Origin: a virus | IMG/VR virus record: IMGVR_UViG_3300048834_000128 | Location: 11,879-75,878 of that record | DNA: 64,000 nt | Reading direction: 5' to 3' (one strand) | Part shown: positions 43,727 to 52,274 of the stretch, one piece after another | Numbering within the stretch: the first letter of the stretch is position 1 | Layout of the letters: each line of letters opens with the position of its first letter | The notes under the pieces: model-generated | The model's input: only the letters and a program-made list of their open reading frames with translations | Told to the model about the DNA's origin: nothing | Database searches by the model: none | Position numbers and translations under genes: made by a program

Positions 43727-44884
43727 ATGAACGAACCTAAATTCTCAATAGTAATGATTGCCAAGAACGAAGCGAACGTGCTTGGCAGATGCCTTAACTC
43801 ACTTTCAAACTTCATTCAAAGGGGTGGAGAAATAATCCTATGTGATACGGGGTCTACCGACAATACGATTGCCATTGCCCACCAATACGGATGCAAGGTG
43901 ATAGAATACTCAGGTGCCCGAAAGGAACTCAAACGTGCAGACGTGGAGAACATCAATTTCCTATCAAAGAGATACGACGAAGATAAGATTGCCGAATACG
44001 GAGACTTCATCTTCGATTTCTCAAATGCCCGAAACCATGCCACCGAACACGCCAAGAACGACTTCATAATCAGTCTCGACGCCGACGAGGTATATGCCAC
44101 ATTGGATATTGACGCCATTAACTCACTTATTGACAATGGTGCGAGAAACATCAGTTACGACTTCGTATTCTCTTTCAGACCCGATGGGACTCCCGACGTT
44201 CAGTTCGTGCAATCAAAGGCATTTGACAGAAGATACTTCAAGTGGGTCAATGTAATTCACGAGGTATTGCAGGGCGAAGGTCCGACCATTTACGTTCCAT
44301 CGGAAACCATAAGACTCGAACATCATCAGGAGGCAGGGAAGGAACATCGTACCAACTATATCAAAGGTCTTGCATACGACCATCTTTGCAACCCCAAGGG
44401 TGACAGAAATGCACACTACTACGCAAGAGAACTCATGTACACGGGCAGATACCGTTGGGCGATTGACAGATTCAGACACCACCGAAACCTCAACGCTTGG
44501 GACTTGGAAAGGAATCAGAGTCTTATCTACATGGGCGACTGCTACGGATACATCGGAAACCAACCTATGCAGGAAGCATGCTATCTCGACGCCATAAAGG
44601 AACTCGCAACCCGAAGGGAAGGACTTATAAAACTCGCTTGGTTATATTACTCTCAGAAGAAATACCGTCACGCCATCATATACGCAACGGGTGCACTATC
44701 CATTCCTTGGACAAGTTACTACTCGAACCGTGCATCACACTATAATGAGGAACCTTACGAGATACTCTACCTGTCATACGGATGGCTCGGAGAAATACCA
44801 AAGGCTAAGGACTTCTGCCAAAAGTGTATCGAACTTTGCCCCGACTCAGAGAAGTTCAAAGACCATCTGAAATACTATCTATAA
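43727..44884 (+). CDS. GT2 glycosyltransferase with TPR repeats
   Basis: SIVMIAKNE, DTGSTDNT, DFSNARN, LDADE, IHE; TPR-like C-terminus. Confidence 0.92.
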   Translation: MNEPKFSIVMIAKNEANVLGRCLNSLSNFIQRGGEIILCDTGSTDNTIAIAHQYGCKVIEYSGARKELKRADVENINFLSKRYDEDKIAEYGDFIFDFSNARNHATEHAKNDFIISLDADEVYATLDIDAINSLIDNGARNISYDFVFSFRPDGTPDVQFVQSKAFDRRYFKWVNVIHEVLQGEGPTIYVPSETIRLEHHQEAGKEHRTNYIKGLAYDHLCNPKGDRNAHYYARELMYTGRYRWAIDRFRHHRNLNAWDLERNQSLIYMGDCYGYIGNQPMQEACYLDAIKELATRREGLIKLAWLYYSQKKYRHAIIYATGALSIPWTSYYSNRASHYNEEPYEILYLSYGWLGEIPKAKDFCQKCIELCPDSEKFKDHLKYYL

Positions 44885-44912
44885 CAACATAAGGATTTTG
44901 TCGTTAAATTTG
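44882..44912 (+). promoter_or_regulatory. Putative late promoter
   Basis: TAACAAC-N16-TAAATTTG. Confidence 0.7.
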
Positions 44913-44934
44913 CCTGTATCAAACAGACAAAATA

Positions 44935-45474
44935 ATGAGCAGCATCACGAAGAATTTCGCTAACCATATCCTCATTCAAGGGGACAACATGACTCAACCT
45001 GCAATATTTACCAATTCGGCAGATGCAGTCTGTACCTATACCGAAAACTCGGTCACTCTTTCTTTCGGCAACAAGGGATTCATATTCTCCTCCGATTGGG
45101 GCATTTCAACCCACGGGGCATTGACCGAAGTTCTTACCGTCGATGTTTCGGCATGGGACCCCGTTGATATCGCAACACTTATTAACACCAACGTGCTTAC
45201 CGAAGACCGTGCATCAGGCGACCCTGTGATTATCGCAGACACTACCATGGTGCCAGGTCAGTTCACCGTAATCGAAGCATTAAGCGATACGGTTCTCGAC
45301 GTTTCCGACTCCGCAGCAACGGTGGAAGTGGATGGTTCGGGGGATCCTATCACGACATTGGGCGATTATGTAGGACAGACAATCCCTAAAGGTGCGTTCG
45401 TCTACGGAAAGTTCACTCAGATACAACTTGTAAGCGGTGCTGTAAAGGCATACTCTAACCTTTCAAACGTATAA
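44935..45474 (+). CDS. Putative structural protein
   Basis: TIPKGAFVYGKFTQIQLVSGAVKAY C-terminal motif; late-type promoter. Confidence 0.55.
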   Translation: MSSITKNFANHILIQGDNMTQPAIFTNSADAVCTYTENSVTLSFGNKGFIFSSDWGISTHGALTEVLTVDVSAWDPVDIATLINTNVLTEDRASGDPVIIADTTMVPGQFTVIEALSDTVLDVSDSAATVEVDGSGDPITTLGDYVGQTIPKGAFVYGKFTQIQLVSGAVKAYSNLSNV

Positions 45475-45480
45475 ATCTAA

Positions 45481-46374
45481 ATGACCAAGGGCATCAGTAT
45501 CGGACCCGGCATTGGTCCTCTATATCCGCATAACCGACCTTACGATGGCAACCCTTTCATGGTGGCATCAGGAGGAACCGTTACCGAGGATGGAGATTTT
45601 AAGATACATACATTCCTTACTTCCGACGACTTCATTGTTTCCAATTTGGGAAGCACGGGAGAAGTCGAGGTATTGCTTGTTGCAGGTGGTGGTGGTGGTG
45701 GTTCTCCGAACTCATCAACATCTGCAGGTGGAGGAGGTGCGGGTGGAGTACTTCATCTCGCATCGGAAATACTCGGCGGTTCAGGTACATACCCCGTCGT
45801 AGTTGGTGCAGGAGGTACCGCTACATTATTCTCAAACGCGCCATCAGGACAAGGAGGTCCAGGAGGTAATTCAACATTCAATAGCAACACTGCAATAGGT
45901 GGTGGTGGTGGTTCAAGGTTTGGAATCGTAGGAGGGAACGGAGGTTCAGGCGGTGGAGGGTGTTATACATCCCCTGCAGGAACGGGCACGGTCGGTCAGG
46001 GCAACAACGGAGGTCCTAATATAGGAGGTGGCGGAGGTTGCGGTGGCGGTGGTGGTGGTGCGGTCGGTTCATCTCATTCAGGAGGCTCGGGAGGTAATGG
46101 CGGAAATGGTGTTTCAAACTCCATCACGGGAAGTGCCGTAACATACGGTGGTGGTGGTGGTGGTGGAACATACAATAACGCCACGGCAGGAACGGGTGGA
46201 ACGGGTGGTGGTGGAGCAGGAGGCAGTTCATCCACTCTTAACGGGACTGCAGGAACAGACGGACTCGGAGGCGGTGGCGGTGCCGGTGCGAACACGGGAG
46301 GAACCAATATCGGAGGAGTAGGCGGTTCAGGAGTGGTAATCATAAGGTATCAGTTTCAAGATTCAACCCCATAA
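45481..46374 (+). CDS. Glycine-rich virion protein
   Basis: KIHTF, VLLVAGGGGGG, GGSGVVIIRY. Confidence 0.85.
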   Translation: MTKGISIGPGIGPLYPHNRPYDGNPFMVASGGTVTEDGDFKIHTFLTSDDFIVSNLGSTGEVEVLLVAGGGGGGSPNSSTSAGGGGAGGVLHLASEILGGSGTYPVVVGAGGTATLFSNAPSGQGGPGGNSTFNSNTAIGGGGGSRFGIVGGNGGSGGGGCYTSPAGTGTVGQGNNGGPNIGGGGGCGGGGGGAVGSSHSGGSGGNGGNGVSNSITGSAVTYGGGGGGGTYNNATAGTGGTGGGGAGGSSSTLNGTAGTDGLGGGGGAGANTGGTNIGGVGGSGVVIIRYQFQDSTP

Positions 46375-46751
46375 TGGCAAAAACATACTGCATAGTGAAG
46401 GATGGTGATATTGTGAACGTAATAGTCGCATCCGAAAGATTCATTACCAAATACGCAAGGAGGAACACCGACGTAAAGGCGATTGAGAATACCGATACCA
46501 AAGTCGGGATGGTAGGAGGTCTTTATGATGAGAAATCCGATAGGTTCATTCCTGCCAAACCATATAAGCAATGGGTTCTTGACGAAAAGACCCTCAAGTG
46601 GAAGTCCTCAAAGGAAGTTCCCAAAGACAACAAGGAATACGTTTGGGATGAGAAACTCGACAAGTGGGAGGATATTGACGCCTACAAACTGAAATACAAG
46701 AACGACAATACGAAACCTGACAAGGAAGACGTTAAAATCAAACCGAAATAA
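46374..46751 (+). CDS. Companion of the Gly-rich protein
   Basis: IVNVIVA, YDEKSDRFIPAKPYKQWVLDE, YVWDE. Confidence 0.65.
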   Translation: MAKTYCIVKDGDIVNVIVASERFITKYARRNTDVKAIENTDTKVGMVGGLYDEKSDRFIPAKPYKQWVLDEKTLKWKSSKEVPKDNKEYVWDEKLDKWEDIDAYKLKYKNDNTKPDKEDVKIKPK

Positions 46752-46793
46752 TCCTATATTTGCAAAATCAAACAATTTAAAACCCTATAAATC

Positions 46794-47039
46794 ATGCAAC
46801 AATACATCATCTGGTGGCAACCGACCAAAGAAACAGACTTGGTGAATGAGTTTCCTGAACTCGATACAACCAACGCAACATACGAAGAACCGACCGTCGC
46901 TTGGGAGGATGGATACAATTGGGTCGAGCAGGACTTGACTCCAGAACAATTCGTCATAGTGGATAATGCCGCTAACCAATTGATCGCGATTGATGTAAAA
47001 CCGTCTCCACATCCACCTTATTCACCGACAGGCAGATAA
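46794..47039 (+). CDS. Hypothetical acidic protein
   Basis: TATATTTG at 46755 and an A-rich start region. Confidence 0.5.
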   Translation: MQQYIIWWQPTKETDLVNEFPELDTTNATYEEPTVAWEDGYNWVEQDLTPEQFVIVDNAANQLIAIDVKPSPHPPYSPTGR

Positions 47040-47045
47040 TCTGAC

Positions 47046-47498
47046 ATGGGCAATCAACTGAGAAAGTTTATGTGGAATCTGATAGTAAGGGACATTTGGC
47101 ACAAGTACAATTGTTTCGGTGTCACCAATGCACGGAAAATCAATTCCATATTGCTCATGTGTATCATACCTTCGGCAATGCTATGTTACCTTATCATGTA
47201 CTATCTTCTACCTGCAAAGGCGGTCGATGCACAATGGTACACGTATTTCATAACCAAGGCGGCACAGATGATGGCGTTCTCGTTCATCTCCTACTCATAC
47301 TTCAAGGATTCACGTGATGCGGGGATGGCTACGGCGGTAATGGTATATTGCGGAATCAACTTCATTTCCGACGTGTTCGGATTCCACCACAAGATGTTTT
47401 GGTTCAACGCAATGGCATATCTTTTCTTCGCAGCAATGAGCCTATATATTATAAGAGATATTTGGCACAGATGCAAGAAAGATGAAGATGACCGATAA
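47046..47498 (+). CDS. Multi-pass membrane protein
   Basis: About four hydrophobic segments. Confidence 0.6.
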   Translation: MGNQLRKFMWNLIVRDIWHKYNCFGVTNARKINSILLMCIIPSAMLCYLIMYYLLPAKAVDAQWYTYFITKAAQMMAFSFISYSYFKDSRDAGMATAVMVYCGINFISDVFGFHHKMFWFNAMAYLFFAAMSLYIIRDIWHRCKKDEDDR

Positions 47499-47814
47499 AT
47501 ACTTTGAAATACTGTCTTCATACTTAGGCATCATTACATGGTTCATCATATTGATCGCTGCCAAGATAAGCCATGTGGCAACACGGAAGAAGCTCACACG
47601 CAGTCAGCTCGTCGCCAATATCCTCTATGCACTCATAGGTGGAGTACTTGCATTTTTCGGCACCGCAACCCTTCAGCAGAACATAAGGATAATAGCGGTA
47701 GGAGTGGGAGTCCTCGCAGGAGACGTGATAGTGGAGTGGATACCGAGCAATTTCAAGGGATTATTGGACACGGCAGGAACCGTCGTAAAAAAATGGTTGT
47801 CCAGAAAGAAATAA
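47482..47814 (+). CDS. Holin-like membrane protein
   Basis: Three TM segments and a basic C-terminal tail. Confidence 0.55.
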   Translation: MKMTDKYFEILSSYLGIITWFIILIAAKISHVATRKKLTRSQLVANILYALIGGVLAFFGTATLQQNIRIIAVGVGVLAGDVIVEWIPSNFKGLLDTAGTVVKKWLSRKK

Positions 47815-47861
47815 TTACATACATTCGCATTCTCATTGTATTCAGTTTTTAAAGTTTGTAG

Positions 47862-47892
47862 AAAGACCCTCATTGATTTGTAGGGTCTTTTT
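47862..47892 (+). terminator. Intrinsic terminator
   Basis: AAAGACCCT/AGGGTCTTT plus T tract. Confidence 0.7.
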
Positions 47893-47942
47893 GCTTATAA
47901 AATAAATTTGGACATTATATACATTTGTAATACATTCGCAAA

Positions 47943-48170
47943 ATGAATATATTTAAAAGGAGAGTCAAAAAGAAAATCAGTTTTATTAAAACGGTTGAAC
48001 TCAAAAGTGCGAATAGTTGGGATACTTCCTATCATACAGAGGTAAATGGTCGCTATGTATCCAATAGCGTATCTCACAATAAAGAACAAGCGGAATCAAT
48101 CTTTGAAAAAGTATTGGAACTGCATGGGACAACAAAAACCAAAGAAGTGTTAAGAGAAGAATATCGGTAA
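47943..48170 (+). CDS. Hypothetical protein, leaderless
   Basis: TTTG(47907)-N20-TACATTCG(47931-47938); ATG 5 nt later. Confidence 0.55.
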   Translation: MNIFKRRVKKKISFIKTVELKSANSWDTSYHTEVNGRYVSNSVSHNKEQAESIFEKVLELHGTTKTKEVLREEYR

Positions 48171-48538
48171 TGCCTAAGCAATGTCAGCACGAAGGGTGTA
48201 CCAACCCGATATTCTCCCACGGATTCTGCCGTTGGCACCAAGGATATAGAACCGACAAGAAACCCAAAAGAATCAATCCCATATCGGAGAAACTCGCTGA
48301 GAACCTGAAGGTCTACAAGGCGGTTAGGGAGGAGTTCCTCTCAAGACACCCTCTCTGCCAGGCAAAGATAGCAGGATGCACAAGGGAGTCGGTTCAGATC
48401 CATCACAAGAAAGGTAGAATAGGCGAACTTCTCACAGACAACCGATACTTCCTCGCGGTCTGCCACAACTGCCACCACCATATCGAACTCAATCCAATCG
48501 AAGCAAAACTCAACGGATGGTCACTCGATAGGTGTTAA
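48170..48538 (+). CDS. Zn-binding HNH endonuclease
   Basis: CQAKIAGC...IHHKKGR...VCHNCH. Confidence 0.75.
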   Translation: MPKQCQHEGCTNPIFSHGFCRWHQGYRTDKKPKRINPISEKLAENLKVYKAVREEFLSRHPLCQAKIAGCTRESVQIHHKKGRIGELLTDNRYFLAVCHNCHHHIELNPIEAKLNGWSLDRC

Positions 48539-48566
48539 CAACGTATCGTTTTTATTCCTATTTTTG
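48536..48566 (+). promoter_or_regulatory. Putative late promoter
   Basis: TAACAAC-N16-TATTTTTG. Confidence 0.7.
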
Positions 48567-48609
48567 ACACATTATTTAATTTAACTTAATTTAAAAACAA
48601 ACAAACATC

Positions 48610-49188
48610 ATGTCACAAATTTCATTAACCGTAGTGCAATCAGGCACAAAATTGCTTGACACTCCATCCGTGCTTTCATTGAACTCTTTTTGGTTCAACC
48701 TTCTGACTGCCGATACTACCGTGTCAGGCGCAAACTCTAAAATAGAATATCATCGCTCGGGACCTGCCGGTGGAAGTTATTTCGTCTACTATGTGAGTGA
48801 AACCGTAACTGAAATCGAAGCACTTGTAAACGGCGCAAGTCCTGCATTGACCAATAGGGTCGCTGTATCAATCCCTGCCACCGCAACGATGGCTGAGGGA
48901 GATTTGGCCAAGGGATATGTCGTAACCACGTCAGCCGCAGCCACAACAATCACAACCCGTACATTTGCACAGATATCTGCAGAGCTTGGTGCTGAAGCAG
49001 GTGCTACTTATGATTGGGTTTTAAATAATGTTGGCGGCGCAAACACCGTGACAATTACTCCAGGTGCGAATATCACTGCAGCAAGTGCGTTGACAGGTGG
49101 TACTGACATGACCGTCGCAAGTACAGAGTTAGCGGTATTCAGAATTACATTCGCAGCCTCCTCTGCAACAATCGCAAGACTCGTGTAA
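48610..49188 (+). CDS. Putative capsid decoration/minor virion protein
   Basis: A/T-rich beta protein; late-type promoter, strong start region, own terminator. Confidence 0.5.
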   Translation: MSQISLTVVQSGTKLLDTPSVLSLNSFWFNLLTADTTVSGANSKIEYHRSGPAGGSYFVYYVSETVTEIEALVNGASPALTNRVAVSIPATATMAEGDLAKGYVVTTSAAATTITTRTFAQISAELGAEAGATYDWVLNNVGGANTVTITPGANITAASALTGGTDMTVASTELAVFRITFAASSATIARLV

Positions 49189-49218
49189 GTATCCTTTTAT
49201 TTTCTATATTCATTCAGA

Positions 49219-49255
49219 GAACCCTTGCGAAAGCAGGGGTTTTTTGTTATACTTG
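49219..49255 (+). terminator. Terminator overlapping the HNH gene promoter
   Basis: AACCCTTGC-GAAA-GCAGGGGTT plus T tract; TATACTTG at 49248-49255. Confidence 0.75.
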
Positions 49256-49452
49256 CAGTATGAATATAGTTAATTTAGAGGGCGAAGAATGGCGTCCAGT
49301 AGTAGGCTATGAAGGTCTGTACGAAGTATCTAATTTGGGTAGGGTTAAATCTCGTGATAGAAGAGTAAGGTCAAAAGGAAATTTAACTCAAATGAAAAAA
49401 GGGGTGCTAATGACTCCTTATTTAAACAATGGTAACTATATACAAGATTAAC

Positions 49453-49911
49453 CTAAATATTTCCTTGATTTGCCCATTTTTGAAATTCTCCCATATTAAA
49501 AACCTTCAATAAATTGTTGCCTACTTGACCTCTAAGCCATATTTCAGCAGATTGCTTATAACCTCCACCATCTAAAAGCACTATTACTTGGTGAGGGTGT
49601 TTCTGTTGAATATTCAATACAAAGTATGGAAACTTTTCATCGACCGATCCGCCACTCTGTTGCCACTTACTTTCTATAATCAAACAATTTACCCATTTTT
49701 CAGGATGAAACAAAACGAAATCACAATACATTGGAGTTCCGTATATACTTGCTCCTATATGAAATTGCCTTGAATAAATTGGCTGATTAAGATAAGTTGC
49801 AACCTTGAATTTATCTCTTGGAACATACTGATATTCCTTTTCAATTAATCTGTCTTCAATGAACTTTTCTAATCGTGTCCCCGTGTAATTTGACTGGTTC
49901 TTTTCTTTCAT
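49453..49911 (-). CDS. PD-(D/E)XK nuclease, restriction-endonuclease-like
   Basis: GTRLE, CDF, IIESKWQQSGGSVDEK. Confidence 0.75.
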   Translation of the reverse strand: MKEKNQSNYTGTRLEKFIEDRLIEKEYQYVPRDKFKVATYLNQPIYSRQFHIGASIYGTPMYCDFVLFHPEKWVNCLIIESKWQQSGGSVDEKFPYFVLNIQQKHPHQVIVLLDGGGYKQSAEIWLRGQVGNNLLKVFNMGEFQKWANQGNI

Positions 49912-50855
49912 TAGTAGTTTGTAATTAAAACCTCTTCAACGGCATTTCTACCATTTGGTTTGCAATTTACAAGTCTTGGAGCATTTACAATAGAAATTTT
50001 GAACATATTACCCTTATATAAATCTCTTATGAAAGGTGTATTGCTATTTGAAACCATTATTTTCACTCCTTTTTTATGAAGTGACTTGCAAAACTCAGAA
50101 AGTTCCCTTTGGTTTTGTTCTGTAAATCCATCAACTGCATACTTTGTAAATGATGTATCAGTAGTAGGGTGATATGGGGGATCAAAATAAATGAAATCGC
50201 CATTTTGCGGACTTAGTTTTGAATAATCACCATATCTAACATCTACATTCTGCAATGCTTTATTACAAAGCAAAAGATTGTCCTTTTGGCAAATTCCAGG
50301 ATTTACATATTTACCCATAGGCACATTAAATTCACCTTTTGAATTGACACGATATAAACCATTAAAACAAGTCTTATTCAAATATATCATTCGTGCTGCA
50401 ATTTCAATAGGGTCTTCTAAATTGTGCTGTGAACGAATATGATAATAATATACTTCATTGTGTTTTGCTTGATGTTTTTCAAGAATTTCAATCAACTTTT
50501 CAACGTCCTTTTGAATGACCTTGTAAGTTAAAATCAAGTCCATATTAGCATCATTTAAAACAGCATTATTTAGTTTTGATTGCAATTCAAAAAACAATGC
50601 ACCTCCACCAACAAAGCCCTCCCAATATGTATTAAAGTGTTCGGGTAATCTTGATGTCAGTTCGTGCATTATACTGCGCTTACCGCCAACCCATTTTAAA
50701 AAGGGGGTTGCTTTATCTCCTTGCTCTTCATCTTCTGGTATATCAGACAAGTCCTTTGTATTCACATTTGAAAACCTTTCAAGTGCTTCCGAAAATGGCA
50801 TATCAAGGCTGAATGCAGGATCGTGTTTTTTTGGGTTTGATGTTTGTTTTGACAT
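49911..50855 (-). CDS. dam: Dam-family (D12 class) N6-adenine DNA methyltransferase
   Basis: PFLKWVGGK, EGFVGGGA, YLNKTCFNGLYRVN, YFDPPY, EVLITNY. Confidence 0.92.
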   Translation of the reverse strand: MSKQTSNPKKHDPAFSLDMPFSEALERFSNVNTKDLSDIPEDEEQGDKATPFLKWVGGKRSIMHELTSRLPEHFNTYWEGFVGGGALFFELQSKLNNAVLNDANMDLILTYKVIQKDVEKLIEILEKHQAKHNEVYYYHIRSQHNLEDPIEIAARMIYLNKTCFNGLYRVNSKGEFNVPMGKYVNPGICQKDNLLLCNKALQNVDVRYGDYSKLSPQNGDFIYFDPPYHPTTDTSFTKYAVDGFTEQNQRELSEFCKSLHKKGVKIMVSNSNTPFIRDLYKGNMFKISIVNAPRLVNCKPNGRNAVEEVLITNY

Positions 50856-51796
50856 TATGCGTTAGCGATTAGTTGTTGATATTTGATTCGTTTTCCATCG
50901 CAACTATTCAGTAGCAAATTAAACCTATTTTCTTGTGATATTTCTCTTGTATTATATCTAAACGCAAATTCATTCAAATAGTTGTTAAGGTGTTTAGGAC
51001 TTACGAAATGGTAAATTCCTATAATACCACGTTTTAAAAGCGAGAAAAAACCCTCTGCGGTGTTAGTGTGAACTTCACCTTTTACATACTCACCATGTCC
51101 ATGTTTTACTATTTGGTGATTGTAAAGCCATTTTACTGAATTATAAACCCTATACTCATCGGTCATTAGTTTTGTTCCTAAAACCACATTGTTAGTAATA
51201 AAATTACCTATTGCTTTGCTATCGACTGAATCAGATTTTTGAACCTTTACAATTCCTTTTCTTTCTACAACTGCAAGGACTGGAGTTTTAGTCTTTGTGC
51301 TTCTACCTTGTGTATTTTCAGTTTTCTTAGATCTATGTTTGTTCTTTTCTTTGCCACCAATGTATGTTTCATCAGCCTCAACGATATTTTTCAAAGGAGC
51401 ATTGAAAGCCTTTGTTCTACTTGCGTGGCGTAATCTATGAAGCATAAACCAAGCGGTTTTTTGTGTTACATCCAAATCTTTGCCTAACTGCAAAGAACTG
51501 ATACCTTTTTTGTGTGAGGTTATTAGATAGATAGCAACAAACCATTTTTGAAGTGAAATTTTAGTACCCTCGAAAATGCTACCAACCTTAGCAGTAAATT
51601 GTTTACGACAATCTTTGCATTTAAACCTTTTTCCATCTGAAAATGCGTAAACTTTCTCATTTCCACAATGAGGGCAATAAATACCATCTTTCCAACGCAT
51701 TTGTTTTAGGTGTTCAAGGCAAACTTTCTCATCAGAGAAATAATTCATAACTTGCATTAAACTATTGAAATTCAGGTTTTTGCTATCTTTTTTCAT
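50855..51796 (-). CDS. IS1595 (ISXO2-like) DDE transposase
   Basis: Zn ribbon CPHC/CKDC, HTH, VEADETY, MTDE, HTNTAEGFFS, YLNEF. Confidence 0.95.
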   Translation of the reverse strand: MKKDSKNLNFNSLMQVMNYFSDEKVCLEHLKQMRWKDGIYCPHCGNEKVYAFSDGKRFKCKDCRKQFTAKVGSIFEGTKISLQKWFVAIYLITSHKKGISSLQLGKDLDVTQKTAWFMLHRLRHASRTKAFNAPLKNIVEADETYIGGKEKNKHRSKKTENTQGRSTKTKTPVLAVVERKGIVKVQKSDSVDSKAIGNFITNNVVLGTKLMTDEYRVYNSVKWLYNHQIVKHGHGEYVKGEVHTNTAEGFFSLLKRGIIGIYHFVSPKHLNNYLNEFAFRYNTREISQENRFNLLLNSCDGKRIKYQQLIANA

Positions 51797-51819
51797 ATTC
51801 TATGTCCTAATTGACACTA

Positions 51820-51850
51820 CAAATATACACAAAATTTTGGGTTAAACAAG
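51820..51850 (-). promoter_or_regulatory. IS promoter with its -33 element inside the TIR
   Basis: CTTG-N19-TATATTTG on the - strand. Confidence 0.65.
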
Positions 51851-52274
51851 TATATAATTACCTAAACAATAAATACATGAAAGTGTTATTAAGGGATGGG
51901 AATAGAAAAAAACTGGTTTATTTACATAGGTTAATAGCAGGGGCATTCATTGATAATCCTAACAACCATCCTATGATAAACCATATAGACGGCAATAGAT
52001 TAAACAATTCTATCGACAACTTAGAATGGTGCACAAATTCAGAAAACCAAATACATGCAATATCCATCGGGTTAGTAGATAGGGGTGATTTATATAAGAG
52101 GCTCAATAATAACGGAAGAAGAGGTCTTGGTACTGCAAAGTATGTGGTTAATTTAGATAATGGGGTATTTTATGAATCAGCGAGAGAAGCGGGTATTGCT
52201 CATGGAGTAAGGCATGGGACTATGGCATCATGGCTAAATGGGTCGCGCCCAAATAAAACCAATCTCCGGTACGC

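Larger units (their letters stand above)
49431..51862 (-). mobile_element. IS1595-family transporter element, 2432 bp
   Basis: TIRs GGTAACTATATACAAGATTAACC and GGTAATTATATACTTGTTTAACC (19/23); TSD TAAACAAT at 49423-49430 and 51863-51870; visibly AT-richer than most of the phage. Confidence 0.95.

Noticed and set aside
51811-51870. N-terminus of the 155-aa HNH ORF
   Set aside because: It is IS end and TSD sequence read from a TTG; the native gene resumes at 51871.
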